The notes beneath the pieces are model-generated. The model worked only from the letters and a program-made list of their open reading frames with translations, did no database searches and was not told the origin of the DNA. Below are positions 1 to 15,357 of a stretch of 64,000 bases of DNA, piece after piece (positions within the stretch are counted from its first letter, which is position 1; each line of letters opens with the position of its first letter). The stretch covers positions 5,872,831 through 5,936,830 of the forward strand of contig CM082578.2 in NCBI GenBank assembly GCA_040954595.2, given 5' to 3'. The position numbers were made by a program, and so were the translations under genes. This DNA comes from Balanoglossus misakiensis. Taxonomy: Eukaryota; Animalia; Hemichordata.

Positions 1-3000
1 CTATTCTTAGCGCTCGTGGCAACGATAAGCGCATGCGTTTTTAAGTACTTGTAAAACTTAACTTAATATGCGAATATCACTGATCCTGCCATTTCGGGCT
101 CGATTAAATACTTATGCGACAGCCGCGTTCTATTAACCACTGAATAAATGAGCCTAACTGCTAAATTTCACCGTGGCGCATGTTGTTTTCTAACCTCTAG
201 TAAATGAAATCTCAGAATAAAACTGCTTATATCGAAGCCTGCAACTCGTCATTTCTCTTATTAGACACGCGCATGTTTAATTAATAAACTCACAAAAAGG
301 TCCGATCCATCTGGAGATCAGTACAGAAGCAAAACAATCCACACTCGAGGTCACCCAGTCCGCCCGTACTACCTGCGACCAAATGTTCTATCTAATGATT
401 TACATATACTATAGATCTTGCGCGGTCTAAGTATTGTCTGATTCCCTGATCCTAATTCTGCCGCTGCGCGCACGATAAGGGTCAGGTACATGTTCATGTA
501 TGTGCCATTCTATCCATGGCTATCACTGGCCATTGTAACGACGTTCTGATTGGTTTATATATATTTCTATGTGTGGGGTTATTGAAAATTTAACACAATG
601 AAGAAAATACGTCATCGATATGAAACAAATCATAGAACTGGCCTATCGTTAGAAAAGTCTGACAAGCTTGGATTGTTTCCACGGTGACATTAGTCTCGCA
701 TTCTTGGTAGTGACGTCATACAACGGGCGGCCATTTTACATGAACCTCAAATCCAGCAGGTAATATGACGACTTGGGCGTACATGTACAGGACCATATTC
801 ATTAGTGACCACAGCCCGGTCAGCTTACTGTCGCCACGTCTGTTGGTGCCCTCTTCCTGATGATTATACATGTACCGCGAACGTAGCCTAGCATGTCCTA
901 TTTTCATCGATTCTTATATGGAGTTCATTTCCTCCTGTCTGCCGGCCACAAATCACAGGAATAAACTGTCGTCAAACCAATGGAAATAAAACTTTGTGGG
1001 GTATATACTGGATTCAAACGAAAATAAAACTTTGCAATTTCATTGATTGTGTTAATAGTCCTTAACATTCGTTGCCCGGTTATTTGAATCATTCGGCAAT
1101 TGCAATTTGGACGGTTTAACGGGTACGCTTTCGTTTTTTGAATGGGGTCGTAAACGGTTGAACACAAATTACCAGACGCTCATTTCATTTTATACCTGAC
1201 AGGTAAACACGTTTTATATGCCCGCTCATCAGTAAATTCAACACATCACAACTCATTCGCTTCAATCTCGGTCCCTGAATGAGGTTAGGCGTTTTACAAC
1301 GCAAACAATCAAACAGATAAGACTTTAGTTTACCTACACGGAGACGAAAACATCCCTAACTTCGATCGGGTACTTATATATTGACTTGTGTCGCGTTGAA
1401 AGTGTTTTCAGTGGCGCGGTTGCTTTGCTCAACCAGTCAAGATGTCAATAACATTATACATGTACTTCGCCGAGGGTAATTACGTGAGATAATCGACCAG
1501 TATATTGCTCTAAGCGACACAGGGCTCTAGAGTTTGGTTAACTTCCATTGTTAAATAGTAGGCAATCTAGTCAGTAGGCCGAGAGAGAAATGCAAGTTAT
1601 AACCTTTTGGTGGTTATGTCTGCCACTCAGTTTCTGGAATGTGCGTGACTAATGGTGATTTCTGAATACAGATGTTTCAGTGGCAGTTTCACAGAGGAAG
1701 ACATGCAATCGTTGTCAAGACTGCACTATAAAAAGCTGCATCATTAGTTTACTTCTCAGAATGTAAAATCAGAATTGACATTCTATATAACGCCATGTTC
1801 GTATAATGCAATAAATGGGCTTATATTAGCAACCAAAAATCTTCGGTCCGAACAATTAGAGTCGTTTCATGTTCAAGCGAGGGCAGGAATTCGGCGGTTC
1901 ATGCCAATGTTGAAAAACAAGCAATGCCCAGGGTGAAAGACGTCACTAGGCAATTGTATACGTTGACACAAGCGGACGGTTGTCAATGAGCCTTTCACGT
2001 CGTTTACAGACTAGATTGTGGTTAAATCGTACACGTTGTAAGTCAAACACTATCTAAGGATCCAGCAACCTGTTTTGAATATGTTTAAACATGCGATTCC
2101 TTCCACACCACCGTTTAGCCAAATTGACGTTATTTGAAGTCCAATAATGTCGATTGTCCTACCCCCGAACAGTTGATTTGGTCTATGTCGAAAGCTGTCC
2201 CCTAGCATTATTAGCTGTCCCCATTTTTATCATCGAGAATCACCACTTGTTTAGGTCGTCCACAGTTTACTTCTGTCTATCAATACAGGTACATTTGGAC
2301 CGCCCTCGCACTACATGCACCTGCTTCGGTGAGACAGTCCGGTGAATATCCGCCCTGTCGCATTCTTAAGGGGAGAGTACTTCTGTAATCAAATGGAATC
2401 AATTAAAAATTCATTTGCTAGAAAGAGCTGATTTATCTCGGATTCCGTCAATCCGTCTCTTGATATGATGCACGATCACGACTTCTAGATGTCACCAAGC
2501 GGTCGCACAGACACACGGGAGTCTAAATTTGGGTTAGGCGCCCAGGGCTCTAAAATCATAGCTTTTAAGGTCAGATTGTACGCTGTATACATGTATGTAG
2601 TTATGTTTAGAAAGGTAACCCTGCAATGATGCCAATAATCCGATCTGAAAGCTCTGTATACCTGAGTTTTCTAATGGTTTCTCAAAGTTGGTTTGTATAA
2701 ATGGTACACTGATTGATCGATTCATGCAGTCTATTTTACACTGATCGATGTATGTTGTCTATTACAGGTCTGGAATAAAATGACTAGATCAAAGAACGTG
2801 ATTAATCCTGATTCTCTGTGGGGCAAAGTACGAATGACATATTACCCTAGCCCTCCCCTGAGCCATGTAAAATGACATGACCCTCTCCCTTTTTGTTCCA
2901 CCCCGTCCTAAAATTGTCACACACAGTACCTTATGAGTAAAGTCGGTTGCTCAGATCTTTGTGACTTTATACGCTGTGGGATTTTGCGTTATATATTTTA

Positions 3001-6000
3001 TATTCATATTCACATTCGTTTGATGATCTTATAATCGTTTACGTACATGTACGAGATACTGATGTTTTCTTTTATCAAAAATGTACGTGCCGGCGCGAAA
3101 TGATGCTTTGATTAAAAACGACCTCGCCGTTTGATATCATTTCTGTCAATGTGATACTCGCTGAAATATTATTAAATTGGATCTTGCCAATTGGTTTTAA
3201 AATGTCCCTTGCATTCGATCGCAATATACTTGTTTTTAATCTTCTTCCAATACCAAAGGTCCAAACTCATCTGGCAGGCTTAAATTGATATGTGTCTCTG
3301 CTACAGTGAAAGAAATCTGAATGTAAGGCGCGATGATTTCATATATGTACTTCAGAAACGACAATATCACTACAAAATCGGTTTAAGTTGTCGTACATTG
3401 TGTGTATTTATGATGAACTGAAGGTAATGGGAAAGCACATAACTTTGACATTTCTAAGACGACAATGTTGCTGCGTTGATATGATCGCCACAAAAGGGAT
3501 ACTTAACAAGATACATGTAGTTGCAATTATGTTGTGGTTCGCTTGGTTTTCATATTAGCGTACTCACTTTTCTAGAATGTGTTCAAAATTTTCTGGGCTG
3601 CTTTTTGGCGCTGTGACAAGGTACATGTAACAGAAGCGGGAGATTATGTCTGAACCCGCCTAGTACTTTTCGTTCGCCATCAATTAAAACGTTCCGGTTT
3701 GGTTATTTCTTTATCAAAGTGCATTGCTTACGGCGTTTGGCAATGTCATGTTAACCGCGATACCCGAGAAGCTACATACATAAATGCAATACGTACGTCT
3801 TTAAGTAGTAACAGACGTCATGGCTCGGTTGAGCTGGATGTCACTAGAATATATATTTATGCTCTTGCCGCAGGATGCGAACTCAACCTACCGTAACCAA
3901 ACATACATGGCAAAGATGTCGGCACACACAAGTATAATTATACACACTGTTTCAGTTTACCACATCCACTGTGTGAATCAAATACACCATGCATGGTATA
4001 CATGCATGAATGGACATAATTAGCACTATCCAATGGAACCGATCAGTTGCCAGGCCACGTGGCCTTACCGCACGCTAATTTACTGTAACTATAGAAACAA
4101 TTACATGTACTCAAACAATTACTTGTCAATGTTGTGATAGCCAAGCTAATCGTTTACCTTGTACACGCAGTCTACTAATAAGTCACACATCACCGAGTTT
4201 GCCAGGTTAAGTTAAATTAACTGTATCCGGCCACGTCCACATCTCTTAAAAGATGCATGCATGGTTGAAAAACCAAGGTCATTGTTATTCAACTTACTCA
4301 TTTGACACGTACTGAGCCATTTGATACGTACTGAACCAATATACATGAACACTTGCTAATGGCACTAGAACTGTAGACCAGGTTCTATAATTTGCATTTT
4401 TAAATAATTAATTTACCGTCGACACTTTGAACTAATTCTGAGGTAGACTGAAGAAATTCATTTCAAACTACCACGCATGGATGTTATTCCATCCTCTGAC
4501 GGCATCCTTTTAAATGATTTCATAATTTCACTTTCAAATTAGCGTACTATCACGCTATTATGGATGCATTGGTATTATTCATATTAGTTACATGTAAATG
4601 ATCGTGAGCATTTTAATGTGCAAAGGCTCGGTTGGTGAGTGTTCAAATGTTTTGGACTTCGAGTGTACAAGTTTAAAGAAATGTGGACACATATACACAG
4701 GCTTATCAGTAAAAGTTAATCTTAAAACACTACATCATGAATTTTGTCTGTATTAGGCATGCCGTGTAAAAAGCACGGGTATGGTTTAGGATGGCATCAA
4801 CGATTTGAATTTGTTCAAAGTTTTATAACGTTTACTGCTGTGATTGATCGACATGTTTACATTGACAAATTGTATTGGCTTGTTCTGCAATCTGTAGTTT
4901 GTGGGTAGTGGGACAAAATTAGACGATGTCTTGTATGAGAAAATTGTATAAAGATGCCGCCACTGGAATTCCAAACACCTTGACCACACTTGACGGCAGG
5001 CCCGGTACACGCAAATGATTTACAGTCAAACAGGCAAACGTTCGAACACTTCTAAGTGCCGTACATTAGTGATCTATAGTCGGTCTTGTGAATAGCTGTC
5101 AGCTGCATGCGGCCACTTAGTGTACACTCATGTCTCTGTCAGCTTTGGTTCCCTTTCCCCGTGTTTCTCACACACCGTCTTCCCTCCATTGGCCTTAAAA
5201 CGTGTAGTGCAAGTAATGCGTGACGGGTGAACTCACTGACATGATTGCAGCCTCAATCAATGCATCTTCAGCGACAGAAGCTAGCATCGCTGTGTGCACT
5301 GTACACCGTTCACTTACATTGACCAACCTGGCGAACAGAACCACGGAGCCGTGTGATGGACTCACTTCACCAGTAAACCAATTCACTGCAATTGTCTGGT
5401 CTTGAACCACTCTCTGCACGGGACAATTTCATGCTGGTGTTAACACAATACCTAAATTAGGTTTGGATTTTACTAGAAAAAAAAAATATAAGCTCGACTC
5501 GTTCATTTCGGTGGCACAGAGTAGGTATGTAAACATAATTTGCCCAGCAAGCTAAGGCGGCACACCGTCTTTTAAAACTGTTCTACGCCATCGCCGCCGA
5601 TGCACACTGCACCTTTGACGCGGATGTGTGGAGGGACTGTGCCCCAGATAAAGTAATACAAAACAGTGGCTACTGGTGTTCGGTAGCATGTCATTTGCGT
5701 TTTCACACATTGAAAATTGTATGAGATTACCCATCGGTATATGAGTCGTTTGGTGTTGTCATGGACTCTTTTCATGGACGTACTTCCATTCTCCACTGTG
5801 TGAAGCGAACTAAACCAGATTTGCGTTCGGATATTTCCCTTTTACGGTGCTATGCACAATATACAGTCTATTTCTGTTGTGTATGATCGCAGCAAAGTTT
5901 AGACAGCAAAGACCTCTCAAAGCATGCGCTATTTGTTTGCAGTGTAATCATTCGCAGGGGCGAGATCTATTGTTCTTAAAACCGATTTCCCCCGAAAATC

Positions 6001-7374
6001 TTCGTAATTGGAACTAAAGCTCATGCACTAAGTATTTTGGCGATAACTTTATGTTGTATGTGTTTAGAAAACCAAATATTGTCGATGTACATTTAAGCGT
6101 ACTTTTTTTGGTGAGACTTGCTAAGGCCGATTTGCACAGAGCGACCGGATTGTTTGTTGTCTGTTATCTGTCAAACGGCATTATGAATCGCCATCGAGTT
6201 GAGCGGCCTCATATACCGCGCACGGGGGTTTAACTTTATAGACGAGGAGCTATAGATTATTACAGGCAGGCAACCACTGAAAGATTGTGCAGTAACTTTC
6301 CGTGTGAGGTCACAAAACGACCCAAAGAGGGACTGTGAATATGCGAATCATTGTTTTTTTTTTCTTTGCTGGTAAACATCACACAATGAAACGGCCGTTG
6401 CAACTGGAAATGTAGTGACTGGAACACAGCCCAGAACTTTCTAAATATTTGTTGTTCGGTGTCTTTACCAAGACGTCCACACAAATCTGTTTTGCCATCA
6501 TTAGTGGGATCAAGACGGAATTTGAACCTGCAAAAGTTTGTCCAGTCCTATACTTTGGCACGAATAGGCTAAAAACCCCGGGGTTAACACTCACGTGTGG
6601 TTTTGGCGTCCGAGTCAATATCAACCGACTAGCCTTGGAACCTGTAAATGTATCTTCACTTGGATGCAGGTACCTCTTTTACGATTCTGTTACAACCGAA
6701 TACAAAGCAAAATCACCAACTGGCACTAAGAAGGCGAAATAGAAAAAGCAGACTAGTGTCGTGTTCTCGCAATCAGTGCAGGTGCTGCGCAGGTATAACC
6801 TAACCGAAGGGGTAGACTGGCTGAGATTAGCTATATGTAAATGTATATCCCTGACCTTCGAAATTACACTGTACTCTGCACCTGAACAGACATTTTCATT
6901 ATTTGTAACGAACGTCGGCGAAATTATTTTATATCGGGGATTAAAAACATACCCTACCTAAGGTTACAGAGTGGCGACATCGACGGGAAATTACTTTGAA
7001 GCTTCGGCAGGGTCATCTGTCATGTTTGCCGAGTATCGTTTTCGTGATTGGTTTGGGGTTACAGATTCTCGTTTCTGGCAAAATTGTAAATCAGAGACCC
7101 TGTCTCATACCCTGAGCCGCCACGCTCACCGTGCCTGAGCTTACAGTTTCCGAAAAGATGTTTCTCAGTTGCCCGTTGGTACATTACATTTGATATTATT
7201 GAAGAGGAAAGACACATTTACATTCTGTCTAGCAATCGCTGATGGAGTGTATAAAACACAGGTGTAGATTGATAGCCCCCTCTTTGGTATGAAAGCTCGG
7301 TGACTGAACTTCTATTTCTTTTTTGACCAAAACGCCCCCCCCCCCACCCACAAGCTCACACACCTGAGCAACCA

Positions 7375-7520
7375 CCCACTCACTCACTCACTCACTCACT
7401 CAATCACTCACTCACTCACTCACACACAACACCGACTCACTCACATTCACTCATACAATCACCCACCCACCCACTCATCAATTAACCCACCCACCCACCC
7501 AAACCCAACCAACCAACAAC
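7375..7520. repeat. (CACT)n/(CCCA)n/(CCAA)n compound microsatellite
   Basis: Directly visible tetranucleotide runs. Confidence 0.85.
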
Positions 7521-8578
7521 TCCAATACAAACACAAGTGACGCAGCCAAAGACAAGGACACGAAAATGTACTTTATTTGTCATATTCCAACAATCTTTAT
7601 TGGCCGCTTAGAGCCGATATGGTTCAACAGCAGACGACACGTACCTCATATATTGTTCAACCCTGTAAATTGCGAAACCTAAAGTGCGTCAACAAGCGGT
7701 CCGTTGCGATACTCTATCGTTTTTACCCCCCCCCCCCTCTCCCTAATTATTGATTGTATTGGCAAAATAGCGCCACCAGTAGTCGAGAGAGGTGCGTTTT
7801 CGCATTGGGGTCCGTTTTTCCTGTAAAATCAATTGGATTGCAAATAGAAACCCATTGTGATCAGAAATTTTAATTTGATATAGCAAACCACACTTTGTTG
7901 TTCCAAAACTTAAGCAAAACCATAGTTTGAAGCAAACTGATTTACATTCCTTGCCCAAAAATACGTTAATGAGATACAATGTAAAAGAACTTAAGGCATT
8001 TCTTATTTGTATAGCATTTGTAAAATGGTCTGTTTTAGTCTATTTTCAAAAGTCTTAGTTAATATCAGTTAATATTTAATAATTTTACAATATCTAAATA
8101 ATCATAGAAACCCGGCCTAATTCAACAATCACCAGGTGACGTATTGTTGTATACATTAATTTTGAGCGTCCCATTTTATTATGAAGTTTTTCTTCATCCT
8201 CAACTGGATGGTAACCCCAGATTTCAGCTCCACAATGTAGTATTGGGAGTAGTTTTGCGTCAAATATTTTAAGAGCAATATCAATCGGTAGGGTTCCAAA
8301 CTTATAGACAGAGCTATGAATTTACCTTTTCTGTCTTCAAATGTGATAACGATTGTATGGTCATCTTTCTTGTCGATGCTTCGAATATTCCCACCACCCG
8401 ACCGCTTTTTATTTTCAAAGTACATCTCCAGTATATCTGTGTCAGTGTTGTTGGAAAATCCTGTGACTTGTACTGCTCCAGCTGCAACTTTGTCTGGATC
8501 TGTTGGAGAATTGCATACGAAATGCCGCTATAAAAACTTGCATTACCCAACTAATTAATCGATCGCTCGATCAGTTAA

Positions 8579-9311
8579 GGTGGCACTGCATGAAACCGTC
8601 GAGACTTTTTCAGAGGCCTATTTCTTATCAAAGAAAAAGTTAAAACCCCCATAAACCATATATATTCTGGAAGCTGAGATTTTGAACTTTTGTTTGAGTT
8701 GCAAATATTATTGATCCCCGGAAATGGTGGCGATTTTGGGTGAAAAAACCCATTTTTTGATATTATGTCATGAAATTTAAAATAGGTAAAAAAGTTGACC
8801 ATGCATCATGCATCTTAATATGTCATTCAAAACTAAAGTACACGTGCAAAAAAACGCTAATTTTGTTTTGCGTTATCTGCTTCCATTGAGGAGTAACAGC
8901 GTTTAAAAGTTAGATTTTCAGAAAATTTGATCAAATTCACGGTGAGTTGTATTGAATCAGAGTTTATTCCCGCCAGGGACACTTTATCGACAAACAAAAC
9001 TAGCGTTTTGTTGGATGGGTCATACACAATTCCCTGTCAAAATTTGAGCAAATTCGGCCAACGCAGGGCGAAGCTATTTTAGTCCGAAGTTGTCAAGAGC
9101 AGCGAAAATGCAAACTGAGAAAAACGGCTATTTGCATTGTTGACACCTATTTGTTAAGCTGTGAACTCATTCAGAAAAGTGCTATTTTAGGGTGATTATG
9201 CACCATTTCCGCCAAGACGTATTAGTCAGGTTGTGGGTCAGTATTAGGCCTACCGATTTATGTAAAAAAGTAAAATTTGGCAAAAATCATAACTTTTCAT
9301 GCAATGCCACC
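8579..9311. mobile_element. Non-autonomous TIR DNA transposon with TTAA target-site duplication (Kolobok-like)
   Basis: TTAA(8575-78)-GGTGGCACTGCATGAAA ... TTTCATGCAATGCCACC-TTAA(9312-15): 17-bp TIR with one mismatch, no transposase ORF. Confidence 0.8.
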
Positions 9312-9464
9312 TTAATCAACCAACTAATTAGCTGGCTGACTACATGTAGGTAACCAACCAATTATTTAATTAATTAATTAATTGATCAGTCAGTCAATCA
9401 ATCTATTAATTAACTAATTAACTAACTAAAATAAATAAATGAATAAGTAATACAATGAATAAGT

Positions 9465-9602
<138 letters not shown>

Positions 9603-12279
9603 ACATGCCATTTCCGTATGGCAGTATGACCACTGTACTTTTTCTACTTTTTTCAATTTATTCCAAGATACTATAGTAATGAACGTGAAATGGATATGAT
9701 CAGGACTTATATTAGTAAAGGCTTCCTGATGAGAATCACTCGGCCTGCTAATGAAGTATGTGCAAACATAAAACGTCAAGCTAAGCTTGTAGCATGGGTC
9801 TGGTGCAAATCAATGCACTCAATCTGACATCGTTTTTTATCACCCCCCCCCCCCCCGAGGCGTTTAGGGTGGAGCTAGCTGGCGACCGTGGTACACTACA
9901 CCCGTAAACATACAAGAGTGACCAAAGTTCAAACTAAACGACCCAACATAAGAATTCATTGTTCCCACCGCTTCTACTTGAAACATACCAGAGTAGCCAA
10001 AGATCGAAATAAAGCAAACATAAGTTCGAACCGGTCTCCGGTCTTTTCTCCTGCTAATTAAAACTTCCGATTTCACTTGTGCATATTACCTAAAGTTTCG
10101 TCTTCCTTTGCTCGTTCCTCTTTTGCTTCACTTTAGGTGGAGTGGAATGTGTAGGTGGACGCTGTTCTCCATGCTGAAGCTGGTCTTGGTATTCGGTGAG
10201 CTGACCTTCTGAAGCGGTTTGCTCTACGCCAGTTCCAGTCAAGTTTTGCATACTGTGCCATCCTTCTGGTGACTGCGAATACCCATACCATGAACCATGC
10301 CGTGGCCATAAGTGTTGTTGCTGATTCAGTGCTGGGGTAGAGCCGTACACCGACGGCATACAGTATGGTTGAGGGAATGTAGGTTGTCGTTGACTGAATT
10401 GGGAATAAGGAGACCACGGGTAATAAAATGGACTATGTTCGTTGTATTGCATGGTTCCGATCGGGTAGTGGTATTGGTTTTGTTGTTGTTGTTGTTGTTG
10501 ATGTTGCTGCTGCTGTGGCGACTGCCACAGTTGGTGTGCTTCCTCATGATCATGTTGCATTTGGTAATGGGTGTCAGAATCTGTCATATGTTGGTATGTT
10601 TCACACTTGTAACCTGAGCACTGTTCCTGCCTCTGACACTGTGGCGATGGCTGTTCTGCTTCTTGATCTCCCTGCGCCATCTGTGAATCTTGCACGTTGC
10701 CATCTTCCCCCCGATTTACATCAGACTGCCGCTGGTCTCTGGCCTTCCTGTCCTCCATTTGCTTTTCTAGTTCACCGCCCACCTCATTCCGCTTCTGCAT
10801 ACGCACAATTAAGAAACAATCAATTCAACATTTTTTTCACATGCGCATAGGTGGGGAAATCTTACAGGCAACTACGAGTTTATTGAAAAGTCAGTGTCAC
10901 AACTAAAATGCATATTAAGACTTGCAGAAACGGTCTTTTATATCACGTAAATGCAAGTAAATCGTGAGAGATGGTATTTTACCACTGCAAGCCCAGAGAT
11001 AATTGTGAAATATTGGTGTTGGCATTGTTCAGTGTCTCAAATTAAGCTGACTGAATCAAAACCGCAGTATTGATTTGGCTTGTATCCGCCTATATAAAAA
11101 ACAACGGTAAACCATAAATATCTGTTAAGGTTTTTTGACGGACAGTCATGATAACACTCACTGTTAACCTCAAAATGAGCTCATTTGCCACTCAAATGAC
11201 ACGTCACCCATTTGACATTTGACCAACTGATTACTAGTATTTGCCCATAGTCTGGTTGCGGAAAACAAGTTCGAACGTCACTACATATGAAATACACATA
11301 CATTGTTACCTCTGTTAAGCAAACGCAAGCTGATAGCCAGCCATTTTATTCTGATTAGCTGTTGTTCTGTGTATCCTGTAGATATATCGCCGAGTCGGCT
11401 TCAAAGTCTGATTCCCGTTTCTTGTGGATGTCATGCTGTATACATGACGCACATATCGTAGTCGAAGTTTCAACAATACGCCATTAGCAATAACTCGTCT
11501 AGTCTTATCACATTACCCAACTTCATGATATGGCGGACGTTGAAACGATTAATCCTCTTTCGTTTCCTTGCATGGAGATACACTGTACGGTAATCTGTCT
11601 TAGAAAATTGCACTAATGCATCTATTTAACCCTGGAAGAGACCAAGCTTGCGAATGCTTTGTCCGCATAAATGTTCATAAAGTAACCTCGCTGCTGTCAA
11701 AGGGGTCGAACTTTAATGGCGACTCTTCGCTTGATGCAGACTCTTAGCTTCTTCCGGTACACAGTACAATTAATACGCTTGTCATGTGCAGAATAGGAAC
11801 TATTTTGTGATTATGATATAGCGAAACATATGAGTAAATTAAACTCTATGAAACAGCATTATCGTGTTTGCATATTGCTTGTTTCACTAACACATTATAA
11901 TTGGGGTGTTGTTGTTGTTTTGACAAAAACAACGAAGTCGAAATGTGAAATGTAAACTATTTATGGCAAAGTAGTTCCAGCCGTTATAGGTAAACATGTA
12001 CAATATCTTTACGGTAAAAGTACGGGGATCTCCCTTTTGCAGTCAGCAATATTGAGATACAATGATATGTTGATCCATGCCCGTACGCATGCGTTGATAA
12101 ACAAGTTGCTATGCAAATGGCGGTTAAGCTTCTTTGTTCTGCAAATAAAGTCAAGCCAACATAACCATATTCTAACTTTAATTTCTTTATACATCTATTT
12201 GCAACAGAGAGAAAGAGAGGGGGAGACAGACAGAGACGGTAGAGGGGGAGTTATGTAAATGTAAATATAAAAAAAAGCT

Positions 12280-13437
12280 GGTTTACGACTTTATCAAGAA
12301 AAACGCAAGATTAAAATGGAAACATTGCATGGGGACTATGAGAAAGGGGGCCTGAAGTGTGTCAACATTGACAGGCAGATCAAAGCCTTACATGCTGTTT
12401 GGGTTAAACGACTAATATCAGGCAAAGGTAACACATGGGCAGCTATACCCTGGTACTATATGCAGATTGATGAAAATTGTAATCTCTTTCAACAAAAGAT
12501 CTTTTGGGATTCGTTGCCAAGAGTCTTAGAATCTGCAGTTCCTGAGTTTTATACAGATATCTTGAATGCTTGGTACAAAGTGTGTTGTAAAGTTGAAAGA
12601 CACAGAAATATGAAAGTGCAATGGTGTGACAAATTTAATTTCTTTTTTTTTTAAATCATTGAGCAATTATAATTATGGTATATGGAATGAAGTTAATTTC
12701 ATTCCCTTAGAAAATGTAACGTGCAAGGTTTTTTTTATCAGAGCATGTCACCAAACTACACAGATTCCAACAAACTCATTAAGTGGTTTTCATCATTGAA
12801 TGTGAATGGTCACACAAGATTATAAAGATTTAATTTGGAAGCATATTTATATAGTAACAGAAGAAACCAAACTAAGAGAATTTCAATGGAAGTTATTACA
12901 TAGGCTGTTGCCATGTAGAAAATATTTATTTTACTGGAAAAAAAGTAAGTTCTTTGGACTGTGAGCTTTGTAAAGTCCCGATTCTCTTGAACATAGGTAT
13001 TTGCATTGTTTTTTGGCAAAGGATCTTTGGAAGAGAATCAACAATACAGTTCAACAAAGTATCGACAAAACGTTTAAACTACAGAATTGTGATATAATTT
13101 TCACTTGTTATACAAACAAAAGCTTCTCAAGAATGGAAGAAAACATTGTAAATCTGTTAATTTTAATTGGTAAGTGGTGTATCAACAAATACTGGTTGCT
13201 TGACAAGAATATTCCTTTAATTATCATGTTAAAGTGTGAGTTTAGACAGAGGTATAAAGTAGATATAAAAAAAACTACAATAACAGCGACAGATTAAATA
13301 TTTTTGAGAGACTTCTTTCATACATGTAAAATTTTGAACTAGTTATTTTCCTATTGATTTGTACATGGTATTCTTTTGATGTACACTTTTGTAGTTATGA
13401 AACCTTTTGCAATCATATTTTAATAAAAGAAAAAAAA
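12280..13437 (+). mobile_element. 3' fragment of L1/Tx1-clade LINE (post-RT region, zf-RVT), degenerate
   Basis: Frames encode GGLKCVNI..AVWVKRL..PEFYTDILNAW and HCFLAKDLWK..NLLILIGKWCI; ends in AATAAA plus an A-rich tail at 13422-13437. Confidence 0.75.
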
Positions 13438-15104
13438 TGTTAATATAAATTGTATCACCCACCGTTACATACATTCAATAATAACGATATAGGCCTAAAC
13501 ATAGTTTTCCTCTACGCAAGATCCAAATATCTTACAAAATTTGGCCGCATCACATTGCCTACTTTTTTAAGCTTTCCCGAAGCACGTGTTTAACTTATTA
13601 TTGTTATGTGCTGTAAATTTCAACCAAAATTTCAAACTTTGTACAGACGGATTGAATGTTACCCAATGTTATTAACCAATTATAAATTCACAAAATCTAA
13701 TGACAAAGAAAAAAAAAGCACTCGTAGAATGTCAAATTCCTGAACAAGTCTTAACCGTCTTGGTAGTCATTTACCCGTGGTATAAAATCACAAAAGTTAA
13801 TCATAAAACAAAGACAAAATATATGCGTGTTGTAGTGTTTAACATTTCAGAATGATAAGCCTTAACAGTCCTGGGTATATATAAAATCCCACAATTTGAA
13901 TACAAGGTATATGTATATGTGATATAGGCAAAAAGTGGACAGCACATGCAGATGAAAAACTATTTCTGACAATTGCGGAGGGCATAAAGAATAAAGCTAT
14001 TTTGAAAACGTATCTTTATAGTGGTGAGTCCCCCTGGTGGGACCCGTGTTAATTAAGTAGTTCATCTTCTCAGCATTAGAGCAAATTTTCTGGGGGGGGG
14101 GGGGGGAAAGATTTACGTTCTTAACATGTCTTGTTTGTGCTAAAATTTGTCGACTCTAATAGATATTAAGACGTAGGATATTAGTCTGTATGAGTGCCCA
14201 AACTGCGTATACCGAAATGTTAAATTTACCAAGGAAATCAGAAAACATACTTTTGTATTGTCCATATGTGATTCTATATTTCTGCTATAGCTACACGAGC
14301 CTCTCCTTGTTTAAATGCTACGAATAAACCCACATAGGCCTATGGAGTGTAGTTCGTGCCAAAATTAGCACCCCACATTTCGATAAGACTAGTCACTTTT
14401 CGAACCCATATGTCAAACATATGGTGACAGTGTTTATCCGCTACCGAGGCTGTAGATACTGATAATAAGGCCTCTGTCTGTTGACACTTGAGACAAAATT
14501 TTGTTCAAAATACTATTGACACTGTTGTAAATTCTGTCATAACGTTTCGAGAATAAGGTTCTTCTCAGAGTATCGAACGTTGGAACACAATCCACTAGCA
14601 TTGCAATCCCATGGTAGGAAGGCCATTGTTGTATGTCACTCTGAGACTGTGAATGTTTTTTCGTGCTATACAGCCACCATAAATATGAAAAATACATATA
14701 AGTACAAAAAGTGCGAAATAGACAAATTTCATAAATTATTACAATTTGGAAATTTGTGAGTAGGCTTAGGCCTATATATGTTTTCGTGTGCATAGAATTT
14801 ACACATCAGCGTCATCTGTCAATGTTTTTGAAAAATAACATAGCCACGATATTTGTGTTGAGACTTGACATTTAAAATCTTACCCCCGAGAAGACAGGTG
14901 GTATCTTAGATTTTAAGCAATTCTTATATCGTGTAGAACCTAACTACATCATAAAACCCAACGTTGCACCTGACCTGCCAATCTGAGGTATGTATGCTGA
15001 CCGGGGTCACAATAAGTTGAAAGGTCACACGAAGCAAACGTGATTCTGGCTACAGTCTGCTGCTAGTATATCTGGATCTTGATCGATCGCTCAGCCACAC
15101 TTCG

Positions 15105-15160
15105 GCGATAGCTGCACGTGACCTTGCTTGCAGATAGATTGGGGGCGGGTATATGAGTCT
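15105..15160 (+). promoter_or_regulatory. AKR copy 1 proximal promoter: E-box CACGTG overlapping an ARE-like GTGACCTTGC, inverted CCAAT, GC box, TATA-like
   Basis: CACGTG 15115-20, GTGACCTTGC 15118-27, ATTGG 15138-42, GGGGCGGG 15142-49, TATATG 15150-55; same block at 34071-34110 in copy 2. Confidence 0.5.
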
Positions 15161-15357
15161 AGACTAACTGTTTATAGCGCCTACCTATACCTCCGCGCAC
15201 TACATTCGTGTTGATCTCTCGCTATCTGAACTCGCCAATCGTCAAGCCCTACTTCCGCTTGTAATTGTACCGCCTGACACATACATGTACGATACCTCGT
15301 GTTGATCTCTCGCTGAAAATCTCTCCCTCCAACGCTAGCGGGATATTCTTTTAAAGA

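Noticed and set aside
1-7300. Short ORFs and CpG-rich, promoter-like patches
   Set aside because: No recognisable domain, consistent exon chain or TIR pair that I could support
10090-10806. 238-aa Q-rich ORF as a stand-alone gene
   Set aside because: Bounded by an acceptor (10795-96) and a donor (10089); better explained as a frameshifted internal exon
14340-14620. Minus-strand peptide LVDCVPTFDTLRR..NSVNSIL resembling a LINE ORF2 C-terminus
   Set aside because: Too short and degenerate to assign by eye
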